A stretch of DNA of 59,702 bases, counting the filler. It is 4 parts of 4 records of this genome, joined end to end, with 100 filler letters (N's around TTAATTAATTAA, not from the genome) between each part and the next. Parts side by side here need not be neighbours in the genome. Positions count along the whole stretch, not along the records: positions 1 to 20,779 come from SRR2962707_4220; positions 20,880 to 30,227 come from SRR2962707_4222; 2 more parts are not named here. One strand, written 5' to 3'. This document shows positions 19,048-27,548 of the stretch, piece after piece. A program made the translations under genes and the position numbers. The notes beneath the pieces were generated by a model. The model saw nothing but the letters and a program-made list of their open reading frames with translations. It had not been told where the DNA came from and made no database searches. Positions within the stretch are counted from its first letter, which is position 1, and each line of letters opens with the position of its first letter.

Positions 19048-20244
19048 GTGAACAATGAACAACAATTAGAATTTTTAGCCGCGCTGCGCGAGGCGTTGGA
19101 AAAAGGCACATTTAAACGTGTCACCTTTTCCGCGCGTGAAAAAGCCGACGATAAATTCAAAGCCAGTTTTGACCTTGTGCTCGGCGCAACCAAAAAAATG
19201 ATCAAATTTTCATCGACCGACAGCGCGGAAGAAACATCTGAGCTGCACATTGAAACATTGCTCGATAAGGTAAGCCAAACGCCCTTCTCGCCGTTTCGCG
19301 CAGCCACATTGTTCACTGGCACAAAGGATTATCACTACGCAGAAAACCGCAAAGGCGAGCCGCGCTTTTATAGCGCCAAAGCGACGATGAAAGATGTGGT
19401 GCAAACCCATAATAAGCCGAAGAACTATGTGCTCGCAGAAAACCGGCCCTATTTACGCGGCCTTGGCGTTGCTGGTTCTGATGGCCGGATTGTCAAAAAA
19501 TACCACCCGAAATTTCGCCAAATCGCCAATTTCGTTGAGATTATTGACCGCGACATTGGCAATTTTGTCGCCACGGCAGACCGTCCAATTTCGATCCTCG
19601 ATTTGGGGTGCGGCAAAGGCTATTTGACCTTCGCGGCCTATGATTATGTTGCCAGCAGAGCCAAACACACGCCCATCGGCCAGGGCATCGATATCAAAGA
19701 AAATGTCATCGATATTTGCAATGAAATTGCGCAAAATGTTGGCTTTGAGGGGCTAAAATTTATCAATGCGCGCATCGATAAAAACCAACCCAAAGATGTT
19801 GATATTTTAATCGCGCTCCATGCCTGCGATACCGCAACCGACGATGCGCTGGCATTGGGCGTGCGCGCAAACATGAATTATCTGTTCTGCGCGCCTTGCT
19901 GTCAGGCCGAGATCTCGCGGCAAATTGGCAAAGCCGACACGACCTTTGATACAATCGGTCAATATCCGCTGATGCGCCGCCGCCAAGCAGATTTGATCAC
20001 CGATACGGCCCGCGCTCTGTTGCTCACTGCCCTTGGCTATGACGTCAAATTCTTGGAATTTACACCGCTTGAGCACACAGCAAAAAATGTGATGTTAGCG
20101 GGCAAAAAATCATCACAGGTTGATCGCGCCAAAGCGTTCCGAGACTATCAAGCGCTTAAAAAGGCAACCGGCTTTGAAACCCATTCGCTCGAAGAAAATC
20201 TAAAAGATTTGCTTGATCCGGCGCATTTTAGTTCTGGCGAATAG
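19048..20244 (+). CDS. Class I SAM-dependent methyltransferase (Methyltransf_32-like), GTG start
   Basis: LDLGCGKGYLTF, ALHACDTATD, APCC, HTAKN. Confidence 0.85.
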   Translation: MNNEQQLEFLAALREALEKGTFKRVTFSAREKADDKFKASFDLVLGATKKMIKFSSTDSAEETSELHIETLLDKVSQTPFSPFRAATLFTGTKDYHYAENRKGEPRFYSAKATMKDVVQTHNKPKNYVLAENRPYLRGLGVAGSDGRIVKKYHPKFRQIANFVEIIDRDIGNFVATADRPISILDLGCGKGYLTFAAYDYVASRAKHTPIGQGIDIKENVIDICNEIAQNVGFEGLKFINARIDKNQPKDVDILIALHACDTATDDALALGVRANMNYLFCAPCCQAEISRQIGKADTTFDTIGQYPLMRRRQADLITDTARALLLTALGYDVKFLEFTPLEHTAKNVMLAGKKSSQVDRAKAFRDYQALKKATGFETHSLEENLKDLLDPAHFSSGE

Positions 20245-20530
20245 CGTCTGCCCATTCAGGATGCTTTAGGCTCTGCGCACGCATATAGGGGCAAAGCGGA
20301 ATGATTTTCCAGCCGCCTGCCCGCGCCGCAGCAATCGCAAATTCCGCGAGCGCAAATGCAATGCCGCGCCCACTCAAAGCCTCCGGCACGCCGGTATGAT
20401 CCACAATGATGGTTTGCGGCGAAAGGCGCGAAAACGTCATCTCTGATTCATAGCCATCAATGACCACGAAATAACGCCCACCAGATTGACCGTCTTCGGT
20501 TTGAATATCCAATTCCAACTTTTCACCCAT
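20228..20530 (-). CDS. Small GNAT (YjdJ-like) acetyltransferase
   Basis: DHTGVPEALSGRGIA, IIPLCPY. Confidence 0.88.
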   Translation of the reverse strand: MGEKLELDIQTEDGQSGGRYFVVIDGYESEMTFSRLSPQTIIVDHTGVPEALSGRGIAFALAEFAIAAARAGGWKIIPLCPYMRAQSLKHPEWADAIRQN

Positions 20531-20693
20531 CGCCAAAATGCCCCTGCACAAAGATCATTAAGCGCAACACTAGCTGCGCTAAATTTCTTTTGGCAAATTA
20601 AAAATAAATAATCTGAGTAATTTAGCACATTTGGGCTTTTGCAAACGGCACAAATTAGGTTAGAGCATGTGCCGTGCTCTTTAAACGGCATGT

Positions 20694-20779
20694 GCCCCCT
20701 TGGCGGAACAGGTAGACGCAAGGGACTTAAAATCCCTCGATCCTAGATCGTGCCGGTTCGAGTCCGGCAGGGGGCACCA
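20694..20779 (+). tRNA. tRNA-Leu(TAA)
   Basis: Acceptor GCCCCCT/AGGGGGC-A-CCA, anticodon arm AGGGA-CTTAAAA-TCCCT, long variable arm, GGTTCGAGTCC. Confidence 0.96.
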
Positions 20780-20879
20780 NNNNNNNNNNNNNNNNNNNNN
20801 NNNNNNNNNNNNNNNNNNNNNNNTTAATTAATTAANNNNNNNNNNNNNNNNNNNNNNNNNNNNNNNNNNNNNNNNNNNN
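20780..20879. other. Artificial contig spacer
   Basis: N-run + TTAATTAATTAA (stops in all six frames) + N-run. Confidence 0.99.
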
Positions 20880-21332
20880 GAGCGGCAGGGCCGTGGTGTA
20901 CTTGATCTGGCCCATAGCGAAGGCGGAACTGACATCGGTCAGGTTGATCTTGCCGATCAGGCGTTTGTAGAAGGAGTCATAGGCGCCGATATCGGGCACC
21001 ACGACGCGCATCAGATAGTCGATATCGCCACTCATGCGATAGAATTCCACGACCTCGGGAAACTCGTCGATGACGCCGGCAAATTTGCGCATCCAGATGT
21101 CGTTGTGTTCGTTGGTCTTGACTGACACGAAGACGGTCACGCCCACATTGACCTTGACCGGATCGAGCACGGCGACGCGGCGCTGAATGACGCCATCTTC
21201 TTCCATTTTCTGGATACGGCGCCAGCACGGTGTGGTCGACAGACCGACCTTGCGGCCGATTTCGGCCACCGGCATCGTGGCGTCTTTTTGCAGTAACGTC
21301 AGGATTTTTCGATCAATCTTGTCCAATGCCAT
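20880..21332 (-). CDS. Lrp/AsnC regulator (DecR-like), last codons cut by gap
   Basis: LDKIDRKIL..VGLSTTPCWRRI, RMSGDIDY, IKYTTALP. Confidence 0.9.
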
Positions 21333-21469
21333 TACGCCCCCTGCGGAATTTGATTTCTGAGAATGAACAAATCTGGTCCAAATTTGGCTGAAGAAGTGCC
21401 ACATCCGCCCCGTGTTCGCAATAATCTTGCGCGCTGCAAGTTGAGCAGCGCGATCAAGGTCTTGTTAAC

Positions 21470-22006
21470 CTAGAGCCCGAACCAACCCAGCAAGCCGCTG
21501 GGACGTGCATGGTCGTCACGCCAGTCAGACGGTCTGTCGAAGGCACCGGCCCAGATCCCGCGCCGGGCCGACCGGGCCGCAGATTCCTCGCGCCAATAGT
21601 CGCCGCTGGAAACGGCCAGCCCTTCGGCTACCATGATCGCGCCGAGATCCGCGCCATCAACACTGCAACGCGCCAATAGGCGCTCATAGCGGTCGCGCCC
21701 CTCAGGGCGACAATCGAGCGGGCCGCTGGCGAGCAGTTCGGCCATACGGTTTCGGGCCTGTTGTCCACAGGGCCACCGCCCGCCGCCAGCACGCGCACAA
21801 TCCTGCGCCAGTTCGGGGGCGTCCAGCCCGAGCAGGCGCACCCGGTCGTCCCCCAGGTGGAAGCTGTCACCATCGCTGACGCTAGCGTTTCCCGCGATCG
21901 GCGGCAGGGGCGCATCGAGCCAGTTTGCCAGCAGGGCGACGCCAACCAGGATGATTATTGCCAGGACAGCACCACGCCGGCCGGAAAAGAGTGTGGAACG
22001 AGACAT
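21470..22006 (-). CDS. Thermonuclease (SNase) family protein with N-terminal TM
   Basis: VSDGDS, RVRLLGLDAPEL.Q.C, DRYER, A..ARRGIWAG. Confidence 0.88.
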   Translation of the reverse strand: MSRSTLFSGRRGAVLAIIILVGVALLANWLDAPLPPIAGNASVSDGDSFHLGDDRVRLLGLDAPELAQDCARAGGGRWPCGQQARNRMAELLASGPLDCRPEGRDRYERLLARCSVDGADLGAIMVAEGLAVSSGDYWREESAARSARRGIWAGAFDRPSDWRDDHARPSGLLGWFGL

Positions 22007-22115
22007 CGTTAGCCGTTGGATTTCACCAGCCGTTAACTACGCGCTGGCTAGTGTTTCGCCAAGAGTAGTGCACGCGTCTTGAGTGCGCATTGGTAGTAAC
22101 GAGTAACGAGTACCC

Positions 22116-23642
22116 ATGACGACCCCTTCGGCTGTCATAGAAGATGTCCGTTCGCAAATGGGCCGAGAAGGCAAACGCACGGCCCAGCGTACCGTTCTGG
22201 ACGCCCGTCAGCGCTTGACCTCAAGCTCGGGCACACGCTCGTCGTTCGACTTCGAACTGATGCATGAATATGCCAATTCCCGGCTCAACGCTGCGTTGCC
22301 CATGGCAGCGCTGGTGGGCATTCTGGCATTTGTCGCGACCTTCTGGGTGCCGGTGCTGTTCACAGCGCTGTGGGCCGGCTTGGTGCTGCTAAGCATGCTG
22401 ATCGTGGTGGTGCTGGCACAGCGCTTCAAGCGCGCAGAGCCCACCAAGTTCAATGCCGGTGAATGGACCACCTCATTCGTGGCGGGCGAAACCCTGCTCG
22501 GTCTTGCCTGGTCATTGCTGGCGCTGTTCACCCTGGTGGCCAATCCCGACACGCTGACGCCGGTAATGTTTGCCATGGTGCTGGTGGCCATCGCCGCCAA
22601 TGCCATCACCACGCGCACCCTGCCCCCAGCCACGCTGATGAGCACGCTGCCGGTGACCGTGACCGTGTCGGCCAATCTGATCCTGCTGGGCGGCACGCTG
22701 AATTACACGCTGGCCGCCGTGGCCATGTGTGGCGAGGTGTTCTTCGTCTATCTGGCTCGCCAGCTTCATGCCTCCGAGTTGCACACCATCACCCATCAGG
22801 CCGAAAAAGATGCGCTGATCAACGAGCTTGAAGAAGCGCGCCATATGTCGGACGAGGCGCGGCGTCATGCCGAGCAGGCCAATATTGCCAAATCCCAGTT
22901 TCTGGCCACAATGAGCCACGAACTGCGCACCCCGCTCAACGCCATTATCGGCTTTTCCGAAGTGCTGCAGTCGGAGCTACTGGGTCCCCATCAGGTGCCA
23001 CAGTACAAGGAATATGCTGGCGACATTCATGGCAGTGGTCAGCATTTGCTCAATCTGATCAACGAGCTGCTCGACCTCAGCCGCATCGAGGCAGGCAAGT
23101 ATGAGCTGAATGAGGAAGTGGTATCGCTGGTCGATATCGCCGCTGATTGCCGCCGCATGATGGAATTGCGCGCCAAGTCCAAGAGCATCGAGCTGGTGTT
23201 CAGCGTCGGCGACAATCTGCCCAAGCTGTGGGGCGATGAACGTGCCATTCGTCAGGTGGTGCTCAACCTGCTCAGCAACGCCATCAAGTTTACGCCCCAA
23301 CACGGCAAGATCATTCTGCTGGTGGCCCGCAGCGGCGACGGCGGACAACTGGTCTCGGTCAAGGACAATGGCCCCGGCATTCCCGAGGACGAAATCGAAA
23401 CTGTGCTGTCCTCGTTCGGACAGGGCTCACTGGCGCAGAAGACCGCTGAACAAGGCGCAGGCCTTGGCCTGCCTATCGTGCAGAAGATCATGGAGCTGCA
23501 TCAGGGCCGCTTTGACCTGTTCAGCAAGCTGCGCTTCGGCACCGAAGTGATTGCTACCTTCCCACGCGCCCGTGTCATGGATGCGCTGGCGCCCGTCGTA
23601 GAGCGCAAGAACCGCCTCGAGATCTATTCGGCGGCCGGCTGA
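22116..23642 (+). CDS. Membrane sensor histidine kinase, PleC/DivJ (PdhS)-like
   Basis: Multi-TM N-terminus, KSQFLATMSHELRTPLNAIIGFSE H-box, NLLSNAIKF, DNGPGI, GAGLGL. Confidence 0.92.
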   Translation: MTTPSAVIEDVRSQMGREGKRTAQRTVLDARQRLTSSSGTRSSFDFELMHEYANSRLNAALPMAALVGILAFVATFWVPVLFTALWAGLVLLSMLIVVVLAQRFKRAEPTKFNAGEWTTSFVAGETLLGLAWSLLALFTLVANPDTLTPVMFAMVLVAIAANAITTRTLPPATLMSTLPVTVTVSANLILLGGTLNYTLAAVAMCGEVFFVYLARQLHASELHTITHQAEKDALINELEEARHMSDEARRHAEQANIAKSQFLATMSHELRTPLNAIIGFSEVLQSELLGPHQVPQYKEYAGDIHGSGQHLLNLINELLDLSRIEAGKYELNEEVVSLVDIAADCRRMMELRAKSKSIELVFSVGDNLPKLWGDERAIRQVVLNLLSNAIKFTPQHGKIILLVARSGDGGQLVSVKDNGPGIPEDEIETVLSSFGQGSLAQKTAEQGAGLGLPIVQKIMELHQGRFDLFSKLRFGTEVIATFPRARVMDALAPVVERKNRLEIYSAAG

Positions 23643-23727
23643 CCTCCACTTAAATACTTCTGCGGCATTTTATTAATGTGGCGTGAAGCTTCTTCCGTTA
23701 AGGTGATTCTTCAGGCTGGAGGATCTT

Positions 23728-24801
23728 ATGCGCAAGCAAAGCGAGCGCGGCGCCGTACTACTTGTTACTGACCGACCGACCCAATCGGAGACGAGCAGCG
23801 TCGCCCAAGAACTTGGTGCCGATGCGGTCTTTCTGAGTGATCTTGCTGCCCGCAGACTAGATGGTGACCCCAGCCTGATTGTTGATGTCGATTTGCGCGA
23901 TGTCGACATTGTCCGCCAGCTCAAGGCCGCCCTGCCCCCGCGTGGGGCTGGCTGTCGCATTTTCCTGATCGATACCGATAACCGGGTAACCTCGGTGCAT
24001 GCCAATGTTCTCGGCGCCAACCACCTGCTATCAAAAAAGGCCACCGTGGCTCAGATGCACGCGGCCCTGGACAAGCATTTCGGGATCAGCGCGCATGTGC
24101 CACAGGACGAGGCCGTGCTGGCGTCGATCTGCAGCGGCGTGCAGGCACTGGACAACAGCTTTCAGGCGATGGCCAACAAGATCGAGCTGGACAATGCAGG
24201 TGTCATTGCGGCCTGCGAGAAGATTGCCGACGCCGTTTGCGTCGATGGGGTATGCGACTGGCTCTCGGCTGTGCGCAGCCACCACGTCGGTACCTTTCAG
24301 CATTGCATGCTGGTGACCGGGGTCGTGGCGGCCTTCGCCACAAAAACGAATATGCCGCGCGAAGAAGTCGTCCGCATGACTGTGGCGGGCCTGCTGCACG
24401 ATATCGGCAAGTCCAATGTGCCAGTGTCCATTCTGGACAAGCCCGGCGCGCTGACCCTGCGCGAGATGGATGCTATTCGCGTGCATCCGGTGGCTGGCTA
24501 TAACTACCTTGTCGACAACAGCACCATGGATGCCGAAATCCTGAGCAGCGTGCGCGGCCATCATGAATATCTCGATGGCACCGGCTATCCCGACAATCTG
24601 ACAGCCAGCGACATCAATGAGATGACCCGCATCATCACGGTGTGCGATGTCTATGCGGCGCTGATCGAACGGCGCAGCTATAAAGAGCCCAAGACACATG
24701 CCGAGGCCGTGGCGATACTGCACTCGATGGCGGCAGCGGGCAAAGTCGAGGCGCGCCTGGTGCGCGAGCTCGACTGGATCATGGCGCCTGGCGAGGACTA
24801 A
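23728..24801 (+). CDS. HD-GYP domain phosphodiesterase with degenerate receiver-like N-terminus
   Basis: LLHDIGK, HHEYLDGTGYP, VCDVYAAL..RRSYK. Confidence 0.9.
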   Translation: MRKQSERGAVLLVTDRPTQSETSSVAQELGADAVFLSDLAARRLDGDPSLIVDVDLRDVDIVRQLKAALPPRGAGCRIFLIDTDNRVTSVHANVLGANHLLSKKATVAQMHAALDKHFGISAHVPQDEAVLASICSGVQALDNSFQAMANKIELDNAGVIAACEKIADAVCVDGVCDWLSAVRSHHVGTFQHCMLVTGVVAAFATKTNMPREEVVRMTVAGLLHDIGKSNVPVSILDKPGALTLREMDAIRVHPVAGYNYLVDNSTMDAEILSSVRGHHEYLDGTGYPDNLTASDINEMTRIITVCDVYAALIERRSYKEPKTHAEAVAILHSMAAAGKVEARLVRELDWIMAPGED

Positions 24802-25820
24802 GCGTCCTTGCCGCTGACCGCTGCGCTTTCAAAGGTGGCCATATTGTTGTGCAGGTGCAGTGCGGTCTTGGCCAGCACTGCTGCAAGCGCCGCGCCACTC
24901 CCCTCGCCCAGACGCATGCCCAGATCGAGCAGTCCCTTCTGGCCCATCGCCTCCAGTGCGCGCGCGTGGCCCGATTCTGCCGAGACATGGGCGAAGATGC
25001 AGTGATCGATCGCAGCCGGGTTGACAGCATGTGCAATGGCAGCAGCCGAGGTGGCGACAAACCCATCGACAATTACCGGCACCTTCTGGTGTCGTGCTGC
25101 CAATAGTGCCCCAAGCATGGCGGCGATTTCACGGCCGCCGACGCGGGCCAGAATGGCCAGCGGATGATCGAGTTCGCCGGCATGGTGCGCCAAAGCCTGA
25201 TCGACGGCATCCGCCTTGCGCTTGAGGCCGGCTTCATCGACGCCGGTGCCACGGCCAACCCAGTCCGCACCCGTGCCCCCATAGAGCGCCGCATAGATGG
25301 CGGCAGCGACAGTGGTGTTGCCGATCCCCATTTCGCCAATGCAGATCAGGTCGGGCTTTCCGGCAATGGCTTCCATGCCGTAGGCGATGGTGGCGGCGCA
25401 CATCTTGTCGTCGAGGGCGGCTTCGCGCGTGATGTCGCCCGTGGGCAGTTCAAGCGCCAGTTCAAACACTCGCAGATTGATTTCATGCAGTGCGCAGATC
25501 TGGGAGATGGCGGCACCGCCATTGGTGAAATTGGCGACCATCTGAGCCGTAACTTCGCGTGGAAAGGCCGAGACGCCCTGATCGGTAACGCCATGATTGC
25601 CGGCAAAAATGGTGACCATGGGATTGTCCAGCCGCGGCTGGGCGCGTCCCTGCCAACGGGCCAGAAATTCAACCAAGCCTTCAAGGGCGCCAAGCGAGCC
25701 GGGTGGCTTGGTCAGCTGCGAATCGCGCGTGCGGACCTCGGCGACAGCTGCTTCATCGCCCTCGGGTGCGATGGTCAGAAGCTCCAGAACGTCGGCGTAG
25801 GCGGGATTCAGCGAAGGCAT
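24798..25820 (-). CDS. cobT: Nicotinate-nucleotide-dimethylbenzimidazole phosphoribosyltransferase
   Basis: LTKPPGSLG, GNHGV, GEMGIGNTT, GRGTG, MRLGEGSGA, MATF; start MPSLN. Confidence 0.95.
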   Translation of the reverse strand: MPSLNPAYADVLELLTIAPEGDEAAVAEVRTRDSQLTKPPGSLGALEGLVEFLARWQGRAQPRLDNPMVTIFAGNHGVTDQGVSAFPREVTAQMVANFTNGGAAISQICALHEINLRVFELALELPTGDITREAALDDKMCAATIAYGMEAIAGKPDLICIGEMGIGNTTVAAAIYAALYGGTGADWVGRGTGVDEAGLKRKADAVDQALAHHAGELDHPLAILARVGGREIAAMLGALLAARHQKVPVIVDGFVATSAAAIAHAVNPAAIDHCIFAHVSAESGHARALEAMGQKGLLDLGMRLGEGSGAALAAVLAKTALHLHNNMATFESAAVSGKDA

Positions 25821-25885
25821 GGCGAGTCCGAAATGCTGTGGTAGGAAGGAGGCCATCTTGTTGCGTAGAACGAGGCCAAAAGCAA

Positions 25886-26728
25886 TTGACCGAGCACCGA
25901 CCCGAGGACGCCATTGCGCCTGAGGCAATGGAGCCGAGCCGCCCCGAGACACGCCCGGGCGGCTTGGGGCTGGCCGAAGATCTGGTGATGGCGCTGCGCT
26001 TCTTCTCGCGTCTGCCCACTGGCAATTCGCCGCATCAGAAGCCGGAGCTGAACCGGATTGCCATGGCACTGCCGCTGGCCAGCGTGGTGATTGGCATTGG
26101 CCCGGCCCTGCTGTTGATCGGCGGGGGTCTAATCGGCCTGCCGGCCTATTTTGCTGCCGCACTGGCAGTGGCCGCCATGGTGATGGTCAGCGGCGCGATG
26201 GCCGAAGATGCATTGGCTGATGCGGCGGATGGGTTGTTTGGCGGGCACAGTGTGGCCCGGCGCCTCGAGATCATGAAAGACAGCCGCCACGGCACCTATG
26301 GGGTGGCGGCGCTGTGCCTGTTCCTGATGTTGCGGGTAAGCGGGCTGGGCGCGATCGCTGCGTTCAACCCCCTGGCCGCCGGCGCCATCTGGCTTGCCGC
26401 AGGAATTGTGGGACGATCTGGCGCGCTCTGGCTGGCCGTGGCACTGCCCGCCGCCCGCAGCGACGGGGTCTCGGCAACGGCGGGCACCGTCCGTGGCCGC
26501 AGCTTTGGCGTCGGGGCGGTGTTTGCCGTGGTGCTGCTGTTTGTGCTGGCCGCGCCGGCAACCAATCTGGTGGCACTGGGGTTTGCCCTGGTGGCCGCGC
26601 TGGTGGTGATCGCAGGCTGGAGCGCGTTGTGCAGGCGACTGGTTGGGGGACAGACTGGCGATCTGATCGGCGCGCTTGGAGCCCTGGTTGAAATCGCCGT
26701 ATTGTGTGCGCTGCTGCCATTCGCTTGA
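25886..26728 (+). CDS. cobS: Adenosylcobinamide-GDP ribazoletransferase (start uncertain: TTG 25886 or ATG 25928)
   Basis: FFSRLP, GAMAEDALADAADG, RLEIMKDSRHGTYG, GGQTGD.IGA. Confidence 0.92.
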   Translation: MTEHRPEDAIAPEAMEPSRPETRPGGLGLAEDLVMALRFFSRLPTGNSPHQKPELNRIAMALPLASVVIGIGPALLLIGGGLIGLPAYFAAALAVAAMVMVSGAMAEDALADAADGLFGGHSVARRLEIMKDSRHGTYGVAALCLFLMLRVSGLGAIAAFNPLAAGAIWLAAGIVGRSGALWLAVALPAARSDGVSATAGTVRGRSFGVGAVFAVVLLFVLAAPATNLVALGFALVAALVVIAGWSALCRRLVGGQTGDLIGALGALVEIAVLCALLPFA

Positions 26729-26805
26729 GCCGGGCGGCCTTGAATTGGCCACCTGCAATGCCTTTATCAAACCAGAGCCCTGTCACGACACGAAAGCGCA
26801 ACAGT

Positions 26806-27492
26806 ATGATTTTCATTGGGATTGCGTTGCTCGTCGCCGTCGGGCTGGCCCTGCTGATCAGCGCCGATGCCGGTACGCTGGTGGGGCTGAACCAGATGCA
26901 GACGGCGCAGTTGATCCCGCTCCTGGTGCTGCTCATCGTGTTCGCCGGCGGGCTGTTCACAAGGCGGCGCAAGGCCAAGGAACTGCTGACAAGCCTGGTG
27001 TTGTGGGTCGGCATTTTCGGCGTGGCGAGCCTGAGCTACGCCTATCGCGATGAAATCCTGGGCGTCTGGGGTCGGGTGGCCGGCGAACTGCAGCCCGGCG
27101 TTGCCATGGTCAATGTGGAACAGGGCACGGCGACATTCCGGCGCGGCATTGGCGGGCATTTCGAAATCAATGCGACAGTGAACGGCCATACCACGCCGAT
27201 GATCTTCGATACCGGCGCCAGCGCTGTAGTGTTGACTATTGCCGATGCGGAAGCGGCGGGGATCAGCACCAAGAAACTGCGGTTTTCCGTTCCGGTCTCG
27301 ACCGCCAATGGTACCGGGCGCGCGGCCCGGGTGAAGCTGGACAATCTGGTGGTGGGCGGTATTGCCCGGCAGGGCATTGTGGCGTTTGTCGCCGAGGCCG
27401 ATGCGCTTGAAACCAGCTTGCTGGGGATGACGTTCCTTGAGACACTGAGCCGGTACAGCGTGACGCAGAATTCGCTGGAGCTGCTGGACTAG
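26806..27492 (+). CDS. Clan AA aspartic protease (TIGR02281)
   Basis: 3 TM helices, GHF, FDTGAS, TANG, SLLGM.FL. Confidence 0.9.
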   Translation: MIFIGIALLVAVGLALLISADAGTLVGLNQMQTAQLIPLLVLLIVFAGGLFTRRRKAKELLTSLVLWVGIFGVASLSYAYRDEILGVWGRVAGELQPGVAMVNVEQGTATFRRGIGGHFEINATVNGHTTPMIFDTGASAVVLTIADAEAAGISTKKLRFSVPVSTANGTGRAARVKLDNLVVGGIARQGIVAFVAEADALETSLLGMTFLETLSRYSVTQNSLELLD

Positions 27493-27495
27493 AGC

Positions 27496-27533
27496 AAAAA
27501 AACGGCCGGTGCGTACACCGGCCGTCTCGTTTT
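27496..27533. terminator. Terminator hairpin between convergent genes
   Basis: A-tract, stem ACGGCCGGTG/CACCGGCCGT, loop CGTA. Confidence 0.8.
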
Positions 27534-27548
27534 CGCGGGTCCGCGTCG

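Noticed and set aside
20824..20835. TTAATTAATTAA repeats (also 30272 and 46598) as CtrA sites or biological repeats
   Set aside because: Embedded in N-runs; synthetic six-frame stop linker
21470..22006. Thermonuclease as a defence or toxin nuclease
   Set aside because: Common membrane-anchored SNase-like protein of Rhizobiales; no immunity or defence context
22095..22112. Short tandem AGTAACG x2.5 before the kinase start
   Set aside because: Too short to distinguish from chance
25821..26162. Long N-terminal extensions of cobT/cobS (and of phoX, motA, nnr, arsR) in the ORF track
   Set aside because: They overlap opposite genes or promoters; downstream starts with RBS or homology fit better
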